A DNA stretch of 36,038 nt from Thermoplasmatota archaeon. Lineage in GTDB: Archaea; Thermoplasmatota; E2; DHVEG-1. The position numbers and the translations under genes were made by a program. The stretch spans positions 1 to 36,038 of the forward strand of contig JAUWOO010000002.1 of assembly GCA_030612095.1 (NCBI GenBank). The letters are read 5' to 3'. Positions 13,643 through 23,078 of the stretch are shown here, piece after piece (within the stretch, counting starts at the first letter, position 1; every line of letters starts with the position of its first letter). The notes beneath the pieces are model-generated. The model saw only the letters and a list, made by a program, of their open reading frames with translations, had not been told where the DNA came from and ran no database searches.

Positions 13643-13807
13643 ATGAAAAAGGCAGAAAAATGTATTTCATGCGGAAAAGGACTGCTTGAACGAGGATCGG
13701 TAACATTTCCATGTCCAATGTGCGATGCAGTCATCGGAAGATGCAACGGCTGCAGAGAACAAAGTGTGAAGTATGTCTGTCAACAATGTGGATTTACAGG
13801 ACCTTAA
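13643..13807 (+). CDS. Small zinc-finger protein with four CxxC knuckles (HVO_2753-like, COG2888-type)
   Basis: Not in the supplied ORF track because it is under 60 aa. Translation: MKKAEKCISCGKGLLERGSVTFPCPMCDAVIGRCNGCREQSVKYVCQQCGFTGP (54 aa). Four CxxC pairs are regularly spaced. It ends 13 nt before the EF-1beta start. Confidence 0.75.
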   Translation: MKKAEKCISCGKGLLERGSVTFPCPMCDAVIGRCNGCREQSVKYVCQQCGFTGP

Positions 13808-13820
13808 GGAGGAAATACAT

Positions 13821-14093
13821 ATGGGGGAAGTAATAGCACTTATGCGCGTTATGCCAGGTGAAGTAATAGATGACGGTAAATTACAGAAAATGATAGATGA
13901 CATAAAAGACGTAGTAAAATCGCCTGTAACACTTGGAAAAATTGAGGTTAAAAATATTGCCTTTGGACTTAAGGGATTGAACGTCACCGTATTGGTACCA
14001 GATGATGCAGGTGGATTAGATCCTGTGGTTGAGACTATTTCTAAAATTGAAAACGTTGACAGTGTCGAAGTAACAGATGTAGGACGAGTCTAA
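13821..14093 (+). CDS. Translation elongation factor aEF-1beta
   Basis: 90 aa counted from the ATG preceded by AAGGAGG (13806-13812). MGEVIALMRVMPGEV...IAFGLKGLNV...VEVTDVGRV fits the ~90-aa archaeal EF-1beta fold family. The longer track ORF (start 13773) overlaps the zinc-finger gene and lacks an RBS. Confidence 0.85.
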   Translation: MGEVIALMRVMPGEVIDDGKLQKMIDDIKDVVKSPVTLGKIEVKNIAFGLKGLNVTVLVPDDAGGLDPVVETISKIENVDSVEVTDVGRV

Positions 14094-14095
14094 AT

Positions 14096-14785
14096 CTAGG
14101 CTGCTCTACCGGGTTTTTTAAGCTGATCTGAAAAATTCTGTATTACTTGAGAACCAATTTCTGTAGGATAGTATATTGGGTAAGCAGAGTTGCTTGTATC
14201 GCCATCAATCAATTCAGCCATATACATTTTTTTAATATGCCATTTAACGGTATGATGATTGAGATCAAGGGCATGAGCAATCTCAAGCAAATGTTTACCA
14301 GGATTATCATTTAAATATAACATGATCTCACGAGCGTTTTTATTTCTTAAAATAGATTCTGCAACAGCTTCCTTTCTGGCTTCAATACCACCTTCAACCA
14401 GATAATAGACTTTTTTTCCACCGATGGCCCTACTTCGTACAAGGTTTGTTTGTTCTAGTTTGCGAAGATGCCACGCTGCATTACTCGGCTTTAAATTCAA
14501 TTCTCGTGCAATTTCCCTAAGATGTGAACCAGGATAATCCGTAATATATCCAAATAAATTCTTTCTGATCTCAGTATCCAATACGTTCTCTGGTGTCACA
14601 TATTTAATACCACCTGCAGTAATAACCGCAATAATTATTCCTATTACAATTGCTGCAGCAACTCCTAGAGGAACAATAAAATTCGTAGGATTTAGTATAT
14701 CATCAGCAGCAACACTATCTGCTAAAAAAATTAAAAATAAAAAAGACAATATTAAAATTACTAACGTTCTCCTATCACATCGCAT
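14096..14785 (-). CDS. Membrane-anchored protein with two winged-helix (ArsR-like) HTH domains
   Basis: 229 aa. Signal-like hydrophobic stretch (LVILILSFLFLIFLADSVAAD), then a TM helix (VPLGVAAAIVIGIIIAVITAGG). Two wHTH repeats follow: GSHLREIARELNLKPSNAAWHLRKLEQTNLV and GKHLLEIAHALDLNHHTVKWHIKKMYMAELI. Confidence 0.75.
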   Translation of the reverse strand: MRCDRRTLVILILSFLFLIFLADSVAADDILNPTNFIVPLGVAAAIVIGIIIAVITAGGIKYVTPENVLDTEIRKNLFGYITDYPGSHLREIARELNLKPSNAAWHLRKLEQTNLVRSRAIGGKKVYYLVEGGIEARKEAVAESILRNKNAREIMLYLNDNPGKHLLEIAHALDLNHHTVKWHIKKMYMAELIDGDTSNSAYPIYYPTEIGSQVIQNFSDQLKKPGRAA

Positions 14786-14849
14786 CCTATCTCATCCTCC
14801 AATTTTTGCATCCTATGACATATCCAAAACATTGAACAACTTAAAAAGT

Positions 14850-16565
14850 TTACTTATGTGCAAAAAAACCAGTTACCCTGTTGTCCGTATTTTCAATTCT
14901 CACAAATCCAAACCGTTCAAACTGTATGACCTCCCCAGTCATTATAGTTGAAACTGCTTTCTCTGCAAATCCCTGCACCGTCTCAAGACTGTCTGGGTTG
15001 TATTTATCACCCTCAAAAAGGAGATGGGGAACAAAAACTTTCATTTTAACAAAGTCATCGGTTGTCCACTGAATCTTGGCCGACTCAGATATCAACTCCT
15101 CGCCTGCATACTCTGCAAAAATTGTATCGTTTTTTTCTTTTATTTTTACATTAAAGAGATCTTTTAATCTGAAGACATCTCCTGTTTTTATTTTTTCCAT
15201 ATCTGCTTTTGGAACGAAAAACGTTTTACCAGTTTTTATAAACCGGCTTCCAAGTTTTTTATCAGTTGGATGAAAACTTATTAATTTTTCTTTTGATGGA
15301 GCACCTTCAACAACAAGTTTTACAGGATCTTTCACAAAGAAATATCGTCTAGCCGTAGGATCTATTAATTTTCTGTTAAAAGATTCTACAATACCAAACG
15401 TTACAGTTGATTCTACCTTTGAAATACCTTGAGAGATTACAAATTGTTTGATAGCTTCCGGTAGAATACCTCGTTTTTTTAACCCTCTCAAGGTTGGCAA
15501 TCTAATATCATCATACCCTGTGACCAGTCCTTGTTCAATTAATGGCTTTATTTTACGTTTCGATACAGGCATGCCATCTATTGAAAGACGCGCAAATTCC
15601 ATGAGGTGTGGTTTCCTCAATTTAAGAAGATCAAGAAGTCTAAAATAACATTCATCACGAAGCTCATATTCTTTCGTCCGAAAGGGATGTGTCACACCAC
15701 TAATACTGTCCTCAACTGCACCAGCAAAATCATAGGTTGGCCATAATCTAAATTTACTACCATGAATCGGATGTGGCTTATCTATAACCCTAAAAAGAGT
15801 TGGATCCCTCATTGCAGTATTCTCGCAAGTCATATCGCCTTTAAGCCTCAGTACCATACCCTCTATCGATGATGAGATCATATCGTTCCAAAGATCGATA
15901 TTTTCCCCGCAAGAAACATCTCTACAGCAGCATTCCTTTCCATGAAAACGCCCCTTTTTAATAACATCTGGTGAGCAGTTGCAAACATATGCACCCCCTT
16001 GATTTATTAACTGTTCAGCAAGTTTATAGTGTTTTTCCAGATTATCTGAAGTGCGGTATTCCTCATCCCATTCTATACCAAGCCACCTTAAGTCTTCTTT
16101 TTGAACATCGTAAAACTCGGACTGCGCATTCTCGGGATTTGTATCATCAAATCGTAAGATGAATTTTCCATCGTACATCCTTGCATACTCGTAATCAACA
16201 ATAGATGCCTTAGCGTGACCAATATGTAGGTAGCCATTGGGCTCAGGTGGAAAACGAGTGACAACTTTTCCTCTCTCTGCCTCTGGAAGTTCAGGCAATG
16301 AAAAATCTCTTTCTTTCTTTTCTTTTTTAAGAAGTTCGGGAGCGAGTTTTTCTAGTTCAGCAATCTGTGTAGCCAATTGAATATTATTGACTTCCCCCAC
16401 AACAGAGCTAACAATTGGAATTATTTCCCTTGGGGAAAAACCATCTTTTCTCAAAACACTAATAACTTTTCCGACCACTGCTTTTACATTTGCCCTTCCG
16501 TCAAACCGAATAGCGTTTTGAAGCGCATACATCCTCGCAGTTTTTTGTATCTTATCACTTGACAT
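14850..16565 (-). CDS. gltX: Glutamyl-tRNA synthetase (archaeal type)
   Basis: 571 aa. Class I HIGH motif in PEPNGYLHIGHAKA, a KMSKS-equivalent in MPVSKRK, and the archaeal/eukaryal GluRS/GlnRS-type C-terminal beta-barrel anticodon-binding region. Confidence 0.92.
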   Translation of the reverse strand: MSSDKIQKTARMYALQNAIRFDGRANVKAVVGKVISVLRKDGFSPREIIPIVSSVVGEVNNIQLATQIAELEKLAPELLKKEKKERDFSLPELPEAERGKVVTRFPPEPNGYLHIGHAKASIVDYEYARMYDGKFILRFDDTNPENAQSEFYDVQKEDLRWLGIEWDEEYRTSDNLEKHYKLAEQLINQGGAYVCNCSPDVIKKGRFHGKECCCRDVSCGENIDLWNDMISSSIEGMVLRLKGDMTCENTAMRDPTLFRVIDKPHPIHGSKFRLWPTYDFAGAVEDSISGVTHPFRTKEYELRDECYFRLLDLLKLRKPHLMEFARLSIDGMPVSKRKIKPLIEQGLVTGYDDIRLPTLRGLKKRGILPEAIKQFVISQGISKVESTVTFGIVESFNRKLIDPTARRYFFVKDPVKLVVEGAPSKEKLISFHPTDKKLGSRFIKTGKTFFVPKADMEKIKTGDVFRLKDLFNVKIKEKNDTIFAEYAGEELISESAKIQWTTDDFVKMKVFVPHLLFEGDKYNPDSLETVQGFAEKAVSTIMTGEVIQFERFGFVRIENTDNRVTGFFAHK

Positions 16566-16569
16566 AGCA

Positions 16570-17553
16570 CTATTTCTCTCTTGTTATAGAATACTCAGCT
16601 AATCCAATTAAAACCTGTTTTGCATCTGAATCGTCTAACGCATCCAGAGCCTTCTTTGCCTTGGTACTATACTCCAAAGCAGCATTCTTTGCATATTCAA
16701 TCGATTTCATCTCGTTAAATAAATCATAAACTCTTTTGACTTCCTGTTCCGAAGCGTCCCCATTACCAAATATTTCTTCTAAAAGTTTCTTATCATCCCC
16801 AACAGCATTGTTAATAGAACGAACAGCTATAAGTGTTTTTTTACCGTTTCTAATATCATTTCCGATATCTTTTCCAAGTGTCCCTTCATCACTACTCATA
16901 TCAAGATAATCATCTCGTATCTGAAAAGCCAAACCTAAAGATTCCCCATATTCGCTCAGGGCCTTAATTTCTTCTCTTGTTCCACCACCTAAAATTGCGC
17001 CACCTTCAGCAGCGAATTTAAATAACACTGCTGTCTTCCTACGGATCATCTCAAGATATTCCTCTTCCAGAACATCCTGTCTTCGTTCAAATTCCATATC
17101 CATTTGTTGACCTTCACATATCTCCCGGATGCATACTACAAGCCCAAAATCCACCTCTTTGAAAACAGAAAGATCACTGGAAATATCATGCATGACTTCA
17201 AAGGCTTTGGCAAATAATAGATCCCCTGCCATTATTGCAGTAGGCTCATCGAATTTGACATGTACTGTCGGCATATTTCGCCTCAAGTTGGATTTGTCCA
17301 TAATATCATCATGAACAAGTGTAAAATTATGGATTAATTCAAGAGCAACTGCAAACGGCATTACCCGATTTACATCTCCCCCCACAGCATCACAAGAAAG
17401 TATAGATATACATGGCCGCAGTCTTTTACCGCCAGCTAGGGGAAGATGTCTAGCGGCATCATAGAGAGATTTTGGCTGTCCGTTTTTCAAATATTCTTCA
17501 AGTTCTATGTTAAAAACATCTGCTCTTTTACTTAATTCCTGTTTTAGATCCAT
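16570..17553 (-). CDS. idsA: Geranylgeranyl diphosphate synthase (short-chain trans-prenyl diphosphate synthase)
   Basis: 327 aa. First aspartate-rich motif LVHDDIMD and second motif IRDDYLD. Phe sits five residues before the first motif (NFTLVHDD), which fits a C20 product. Confidence 0.88.
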   Translation of the reverse strand: MDLKQELSKRADVFNIELEEYLKNGQPKSLYDAARHLPLAGGKRLRPCISILSCDAVGGDVNRVMPFAVALELIHNFTLVHDDIMDKSNLRRNMPTVHVKFDEPTAIMAGDLLFAKAFEVMHDISSDLSVFKEVDFGLVVCIREICEGQQMDMEFERRQDVLEEEYLEMIRRKTAVLFKFAAEGGAILGGGTREEIKALSEYGESLGLAFQIRDDYLDMSSDEGTLGKDIGNDIRNGKKTLIAVRSINNAVGDDKKLLEEIFGNGDASEQEVKRVYDLFNEMKSIEYAKNAALEYSTKAKKALDALDDSDAKQVLIGLAEYSITREK

Positions 17554-18584
17554 AACTCTGCACCAACATCGATCATCTTTGAAACGCTGTCAGCCCCTAC
17601 TAAAAACATCGCGGCTCTTAGCTCCTTAATAATTGCATCAACCTCAAAAATGGTAGATTCCTTGTCTTTATTGGCCGGTCCAAGGAGTGTGTGTGCCATA
17701 CCTGCACAATTTGCACCGAGTGCCATTGCCTTTGCCGCATCAAGTCCGTTTCGAATGCCACCAGTTGCAATAATTGGTAGCTTCCAATCAGTCGCATCTC
17801 CGACTTCAAGTATAGAAGTTGGCGTAGGAATACCCCAGTCCCAAAAAGTTTTACCACCCCTCTCATGAAGCCGGTCATTTATCATCCCCGCCCGATAATG
17901 CTCTATTGCAGCAAAGGAGGTGCCGCCTGCACCACCTACATCAATCCCTGCAATTTTTGTTTTAGAAAGTCTACTAGCAACATCATATGAAATACCGGCA
18001 CCTGATTCTTTAACAACCAAAGGAACATCTAAATCCTGTGCAAGTTCTTTTATGGCATCAAAACATCCTTTTGCATGTGGCTCCCCTTCAAATTGGATAA
18101 CCTCCTGCAAAAAATTGAGACAAACCACGAAAACATTAGCACCTATCATATCAATCATTTCCTGTACATTAGCTAAAGTCTTATCACGACCCCATAAAAC
18201 AAGTTGAGATGCACCTATATTAGCAAAACGCAAGGGAATATCAAAGTCTTTTACAACACCATATGTATCCTTTAAGCCAGAATTTTCTAATCCGGCTCTT
18301 TGGGAACCTACACCCATCCCTATTTGGAATTTTTCTGCAGCGGCAGCAAGATTTTCATTTATTTTTTTAGCTTTTTGATAACCGCCCGTCATGCCTGAGA
18401 TAATCAACGGCGCATCCATTTTTTTTCCAAATAAGCCCGTAGAAAGATCAAGTTCATCCTTATTTATTTCCGGAAGAGCATTATGTATCAGTTTTACATC
18501 ATCCCAATAATTGTGATGAGCCGCTACATCCTTCTCAAGTGAAATTCTTACGTGTTCATCCTTTCTATTTTCAGTCTGATTCAT
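17544..18584 (-). CDS. fni: Type 2 (FMN-dependent) isopentenyl-diphosphate delta-isomerase
   Basis: 346 aa. SGMTGG, GVGSQR, VKESGAGIS and DVGGAGGTSFAAIE motifs of the IDI-2 TIM barrel. It overlaps idsA by 10 nt. Confidence 0.92.
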   Translation of the reverse strand: MNQTENRKDEHVRISLEKDVAAHHNYWDDVKLIHNALPEINKDELDLSTGLFGKKMDAPLIISGMTGGYQKAKKINENLAAAAEKFQIGMGVGSQRAGLENSGLKDTYGVVKDFDIPLRFANIGASQLVLWGRDKTLANVQEMIDMIGANVFVVCLNFLQEVIQFEGEPHAKGCFDAIKELAQDLDVPLVVKESGAGISYDVASRLSKTKIAGIDVGGAGGTSFAAIEHYRAGMINDRLHERGGKTFWDWGIPTPTSILEVGDATDWKLPIIATGGIRNGLDAAKAMALGANCAGMAHTLLGPANKDKESTIFEVDAIIKELRAAMFLVGADSVSKMIDVGAELWI

Positions 18585-19372
18585 TTTTTATCCCCATAGA
18601 CAATGGTTCGTTTAATGTCTTCGCCAATCAATGCATTATATAATATATCCTGTTTATTACCGTTTAGTAAAACAGTGTCGATACCCAACCGCGAAATGTT
18701 TTTCATCGTATCAATCTTTCCCCCCATGCCCCCAGTAACATCGGCGTGAGCATCTATAGATGTTGTTAGTTTTTCTAGTTTTTCTATTGTCGTCGATTCT
18801 ATAAACTCTGCATCTTTATTTATTTTTGGATTAGAAGTATATAACCCATCTTCATCCATTACAAATATTACCTTTTCAGGTTTAAAATATTTTGCCAATG
18901 CCATGACAAGCAAGTCACCAGAGCAAATCGAAAAACCCAGTTTTTCGTCCAATACAACATCACCAAAGGTTACAGGAGTAAAATGTTTATCTAAATACTC
19001 TTCAAATATCTTGTAATCCATCCTTGCTAATTCATGATCATTAAGCTTTACAATTGAATGTGGAGACAGTGAAACGGCAGAAACGTTGTGACTATGCAGA
19101 GACTTGAGAACAAAAGAGTTCAACGTTTGAACCATTGCATGAGTGAGAGAGAAACCATGGATCTGATCTTCACTTTTGTATCCTTTGTTCAACTCATATT
19201 GTTTTGCAAGAATATGACCAAATGATCCTGCACCATGAACCAATATTACTTCCTTATTTGCCTTTTTAATTTCCCCGGCTAAATTGTCCATTACCTCCGG
19301 TCGGAAACAACCTTGTTCGGATTTTTTAGTTATTACGCTTCCACCAAGTTTCAAGATGAACATAGTTACCAA
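18581..19372 (-). CDS. ipk: Isopentenyl phosphate kinase
   Basis: 263 aa of the amino-acid-kinase fold. ILKLGGSVITKK N-terminal glycine loop, VHGAGSFGH and DVTGGMGGK. It overlaps fni by 4 nt. Confidence 0.88.
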   Translation of the reverse strand: MVTMFILKLGGSVITKKSEQGCFRPEVMDNLAGEIKKANKEVILVHGAGSFGHILAKQYELNKGYKSEDQIHGFSLTHAMVQTLNSFVLKSLHSHNVSAVSLSPHSIVKLNDHELARMDYKIFEEYLDKHFTPVTFGDVVLDEKLGFSICSGDLLVMALAKYFKPEKVIFVMDEDGLYTSNPKINKDAEFIESTTIEKLEKLTTSIDAHADVTGGMGGKIDTMKNISRLGIDTVLLNGNKQDILYNALIGEDIKRTIVYGDKK

Positions 19373-19462
19373 ATAAACTATACTCTAAAAAGGATTTTCA
19401 TGAAAAATATGGATTTTTTTGTATTTAACCTACCAAAAAGGAGATTAAGAATGGAAATTACC

Positions 19463-22400
19463 CTATTGCCCACTCTTTTGTTTCCTGCCAAGTAATCTTG
19501 CAGTTATGAGAAGTATAATTATCAATACCAATGCAAGTATTACCCAAAGATATTGCTGCAGAAGAGTCACCGGTTCTTTTTCATGCGGATAACCTACCGC
19601 CCCGAATGGCATGTGACCATCAACCGAGAGTTCGGCATCATATCGTAACGGCATTGTATCTTCTTTTTCCCAGTTATTGCCATCACTATATGTTGTGTCT
19701 GGGACATACATTCTTAGATCAGGATCGCCGAAGTAAACAACACTTTCCATCGTATCCCACCACCACTGTGGCTCCTCCGGTAAATACAAAGTTCCAACAT
19801 GACTTATACCTTTCTCGTATGCCTCACCGACGGTATTTCCCAAGATGATATCTCGAGGTATAGATTGTCTCCAAACCGCACCATACCAAGAGGTAGGCCA
19901 GGGATCCTGAACCTGAAACACACTTCCATGTCTTATAAGTGTAAGATGAAGATAAGTGTTTGATGTTTGACAGATGCTAGTTATAAACCCAACAGAATGA
20001 AGATTCTCCAAATGGCTTTCTATTTCACTTGCATTTTTCCATACCAACGGATACTTGGAATATGCTATTGTCCCAGTCAAACCATCATATAAATCGTTCA
20101 CTTCGAACGGGTTAAAAAATGGGATGATATTGTTTAAAAATTCTCTAACGGGCTTACGTGCTAGCACCCAATCCATACCTGTTGCTGGAATAAGGAAACT
20201 CTCGTGATTTGTATATGGTATAAAACCTTGCATATCCATTGACATTGTATCTGGCTCTTCAGTACAACCGAGAAGCCAATCATAACCTCTCCAAGGGTTT
20301 TTTTCTTTTATAGCGCCAGCAAATGGTTTTGCAAGTTTGTGTTTTTCAAAACCTGCCGAGGGATTCCAAAACAATGTTTTTCCCCCGTTTCCATGTGTCC
20401 CGTGAGAAGCATGCACCCAAAGAATTACCCCATGATTGAGATTACTAGTGACCGATTCAAGTTCAGTTGAGAAAACAGTATCAAATCCTCCTTTATTGAG
20501 GTAAAATGGAACTACCTCTGTTTCAGATATGTCTGGGAAATATGATCCCTCTTCCCCATAATGTTTTTTATTTACACCTTGATCGATGGGCTCCATTGTA
20601 GTAGTTTCTCCAGGGGTGAGGCCGTCAGCACATTGGTATTTCGACCCATAGTACTTGCTTGCTCTTTCATTAAATCGATATTTATGCGTTACAAAAGAAC
20701 ACAAGACTGGAAATTCAAATGTGTTCTCCACAGATTCTCTCTTTATGACAAGCGTATTTAGCAAAGGTTTTTTGAGAAGTCCCCTGAATCCTTCCCTGGA
20801 ACTAACACTTCCATTTGTCAAAGATACTTTGCCCTGAAGTGCAGGGTTTTCGAATATAATCGCAGGATAAAACACATTACGAGAAATCCAGTAAGCAGTA
20901 TCAACAGGAGTTCCGCAGAATCTTCCAGAGTATGCTACACCGGGAAAGATACGGTCCCAAGGGATACCTATGTCATATTGATCTGCAACAGTAATAATTG
21001 TCTCTTTTCCTTCTTTATCAAAGCCATAAAGTTCTAGAAAATCATAAATGCGTTTACCAGTTAAAACCATCTCAGCGACAGATGGCGTATGGTCATAACG
21101 ATCAGACGCGAATCGTTTCCAAAATTCGTTGTGCCATACAACTGCTGAAGAAAGCCGTGGATGATTATCAACAATCAATACCGGGGCACCATGATGTGCA
21201 GCAATGAATGCTGCAGGGCCGATAAACAATGCACCTTCTTCTTCACCCCCTGGTTCAAGTTCCTCCATGTACCAATAGGTCCATGGGTCTATCGTCGTAA
21301 AAATTACATCGTTACTATCTGTTACATCACGGATTGCATCATAGATTTGCTTAGGTTCTATATAGTTCTCCCTTACTCTTACAATACTCTTAATTTCCTC
21401 TATAATATTACTATTGAGATGATCTCCCAGATTCACCAGATATATATTTTCAACTCCAAGCTTATAAATAACCTCCTTGGAAGCATCTGGGATGTCTGAA
21501 GGGGATATATACAACAGTGGTGCGTTTAAAACACTGGCTAACACAGCACCCTCTGTAGCAGATGTCAGAGAATCTGCCTCGGCCTTTGAAATGCCCTGGT
21601 GCCAAGTATATTCAAGTTTAAAGTCTACAGGTATTTTTATGTCATCCATAGCAAATACACATACAGAATAATTTTCTCCAGGCAAACATTCTCCTAGTGA
21701 ATCTAGATGAATCTCCTGAGAATCTGTTCTACTTTCATTTAGACTGGAAAAAATTGCTTCACCACCAGGCCCTATGATGGTAAAACCAAGTTTTACATTT
21801 GGATCATTCCACGTTAACTCAAAATCTGCCCCTCTGCATCCAAATGGGGGATTATCTGGTAGTTTTATATCTACACCAGGATACATCATAACATCCACAT
21901 AATATGTTACCTTAGAGTTTAACATACCCAGCAATGATCCTTGAATTGTAAAAATCCCTCCAAGAATACCTCGTCTTGGAGCATCGCTCTCTGTCGGGAA
22001 ATCAGTTATGCCCACCCTCCAACTACCTGAGTGATAAACATAAGATTGTGTATATTCGTGACCAGCTGGCGAGTATACATTCCAGTACGCAGCGGCCGCA
22101 GCTTGCATCCACTCCCCATCTTGTCTACAATATAATTGGAGATCTGGATCGCCAGTGGGAATCATTATATTTCCCCCTATAAGTATACCATCCCACCAGG
22201 CTTCTGCTTTAACATATCTATATTTATCACCAACACTGAATTCATGATACACAGGATTCAAAGAATTTGTCTGTTCCACTTGAAAGGTTGGTTCTTTGTG
22301 TATTTTACAAGCAGGCAAAGTTTCCTTCAACTCATTGGAAATTATGTTGTCTGGTACCTCAAAATCTTCATCAATAACAGCAATAATAGCATTATCTGAG

Positions 22401-22918
22401 TATGACCAATCATTTAGTGCAATTTCACTAGCTATAGTATATGGATCATCTGCATCGATAATATCATATTCCTTAGATTTCCAACTATTGTCTAGGTTAT
22501 TCTTTGGAACATTTATTAGGGTCATCTGATCGAGTTGCCCATTACAATAACTCATCCAATCTTCCATGAAATAATCAATTCCCTTTCTAGCATTAATGGG
22601 AAGTTCCCTTTCATCATCTGACTCACATTCATCTTGATAAAACAATAAGGGATGAGAGAAAAGTTTGTCCCCGTCATTGAATACAGAGGTAGGGACAGCA
22701 GCAAGATATGCATAATCGTCAAGGTAGCTGTCCTCATCAAAATTAACAAAGGTAATTTTTTCCATTGACACAACAGATTTATAAGATGGCCCTTTGTCGA
22801 AGCTTTTAATATGCTTAGTATCAGCAGCTAGAGTAACTGGAAGAATAGACACTGCTAGCAGTATACATACTATTACTATTGTCAAAAAAACATTTGATTG
22901 GTTAATTCCTTTTTTCAT
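19463..22918 (-). CDS. Large membrane-anchored extracellular multidomain protein (possible clan-CD/C25-like peptidase domain)
   Basis: The ORF is open to 22957 (TTG). The ATG at 22918 is preferred because GAGGG lies 7 nt upstream and it yields a classic signal peptide (MKKGINQSNVFLTIVIVCILLAVSILPVTLAAD). There is a C-terminal TM (YLWVILALVLIIILLITARLL) with a basic tail. Internal modules are described in the findings. The peptidase assignment is tentative. Confidence 0.85.
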   Translation of the reverse strand: MKKGINQSNVFLTIVIVCILLAVSILPVTLAADTKHIKSFDKGPSYKSVVSMEKITFVNFDEDSYLDDYAYLAAVPTSVFNDGDKLFSHPLLFYQDECESDDERELPINARKGIDYFMEDWMSYCNGQLDQMTLINVPKNNLDNSWKSKEYDIIDADDPYTIASEIALNDWSYSDNAIIAVIDEDFEVPDNIISNELKETLPACKIHKEPTFQVEQTNSLNPVYHEFSVGDKYRYVKAEAWWDGILIGGNIMIPTGDPDLQLYCRQDGEWMQAAAAAYWNVYSPAGHEYTQSYVYHSGSWRVGITDFPTESDAPRRGILGGIFTIQGSLLGMLNSKVTYYVDVMMYPGVDIKLPDNPPFGCRGADFELTWNDPNVKLGFTIIGPGGEAIFSSLNESRTDSQEIHLDSLGECLPGENYSVCVFAMDDIKIPVDFKLEYTWHQGISKAEADSLTSATEGAVLASVLNAPLLYISPSDIPDASKEVIYKLGVENIYLVNLGDHLNSNIIEEIKSIVRVRENYIEPKQIYDAIRDVTDSNDVIFTTIDPWTYWYMEELEPGGEEEGALFIGPAAFIAAHHGAPVLIVDNHPRLSSAVVWHNEFWKRFASDRYDHTPSVAEMVLTGKRIYDFLELYGFDKEGKETIITVADQYDIGIPWDRIFPGVAYSGRFCGTPVDTAYWISRNVFYPAIIFENPALQGKVSLTNGSVSSREGFRGLLKKPLLNTLVIKRESVENTFEFPVLCSFVTHKYRFNERASKYYGSKYQCADGLTPGETTTMEPIDQGVNKKHYGEEGSYFPDISETEVVPFYLNKGGFDTVFSTELESVTSNLNHGVILWVHASHGTHGNGGKTLFWNPSAGFEKHKLAKPFAGAIKEKNPWRGYDWLLGCTEEPDTMSMDMQGFIPYTNHESFLIPATGMDWVLARKPVREFLNNIIPFFNPFEVNDLYDGLTGTIAYSKYPLVWKNASEIESHLENLHSVGFITSICQTSNTYLHLTLIRHGSVFQVQDPWPTSWYGAVWRQSIPRDIILGNTVGEAYEKGISHVGTLYLPEEPQWWWDTMESVVYFGDPDLRMYVPDTTYSDGNNWEKEDTMPLRYDAELSVDGHMPFGAVGYPHEKEPVTLLQQYLWVILALVLIIILLITARLLGRKQKSGQ

Positions 22919-23078
22919 CGATATGCCCTCAGGTTTCACTGTGGACATTAATAACAATCTTTGATTATAAATAATTTATTATTTTTATTTACCTAAATAT
23001 AGTGTCATACTAGCACCATATAAAATGGGAATTTATTTGACGAATAGTATCTGGATTTGACAATACTGGATCTTGTTT

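Noticed and set aside
19531-22773. Numerous 60-112-aa plus-strand ORFs (and one nested minus-strand ORF) inside the surface-protein gene
   Set aside because: They are embedded in one uninterrupted ~3.5 kb reading frame that has a signal peptide, domain-like repeats and a TM anchor. They are shadow ORFs.
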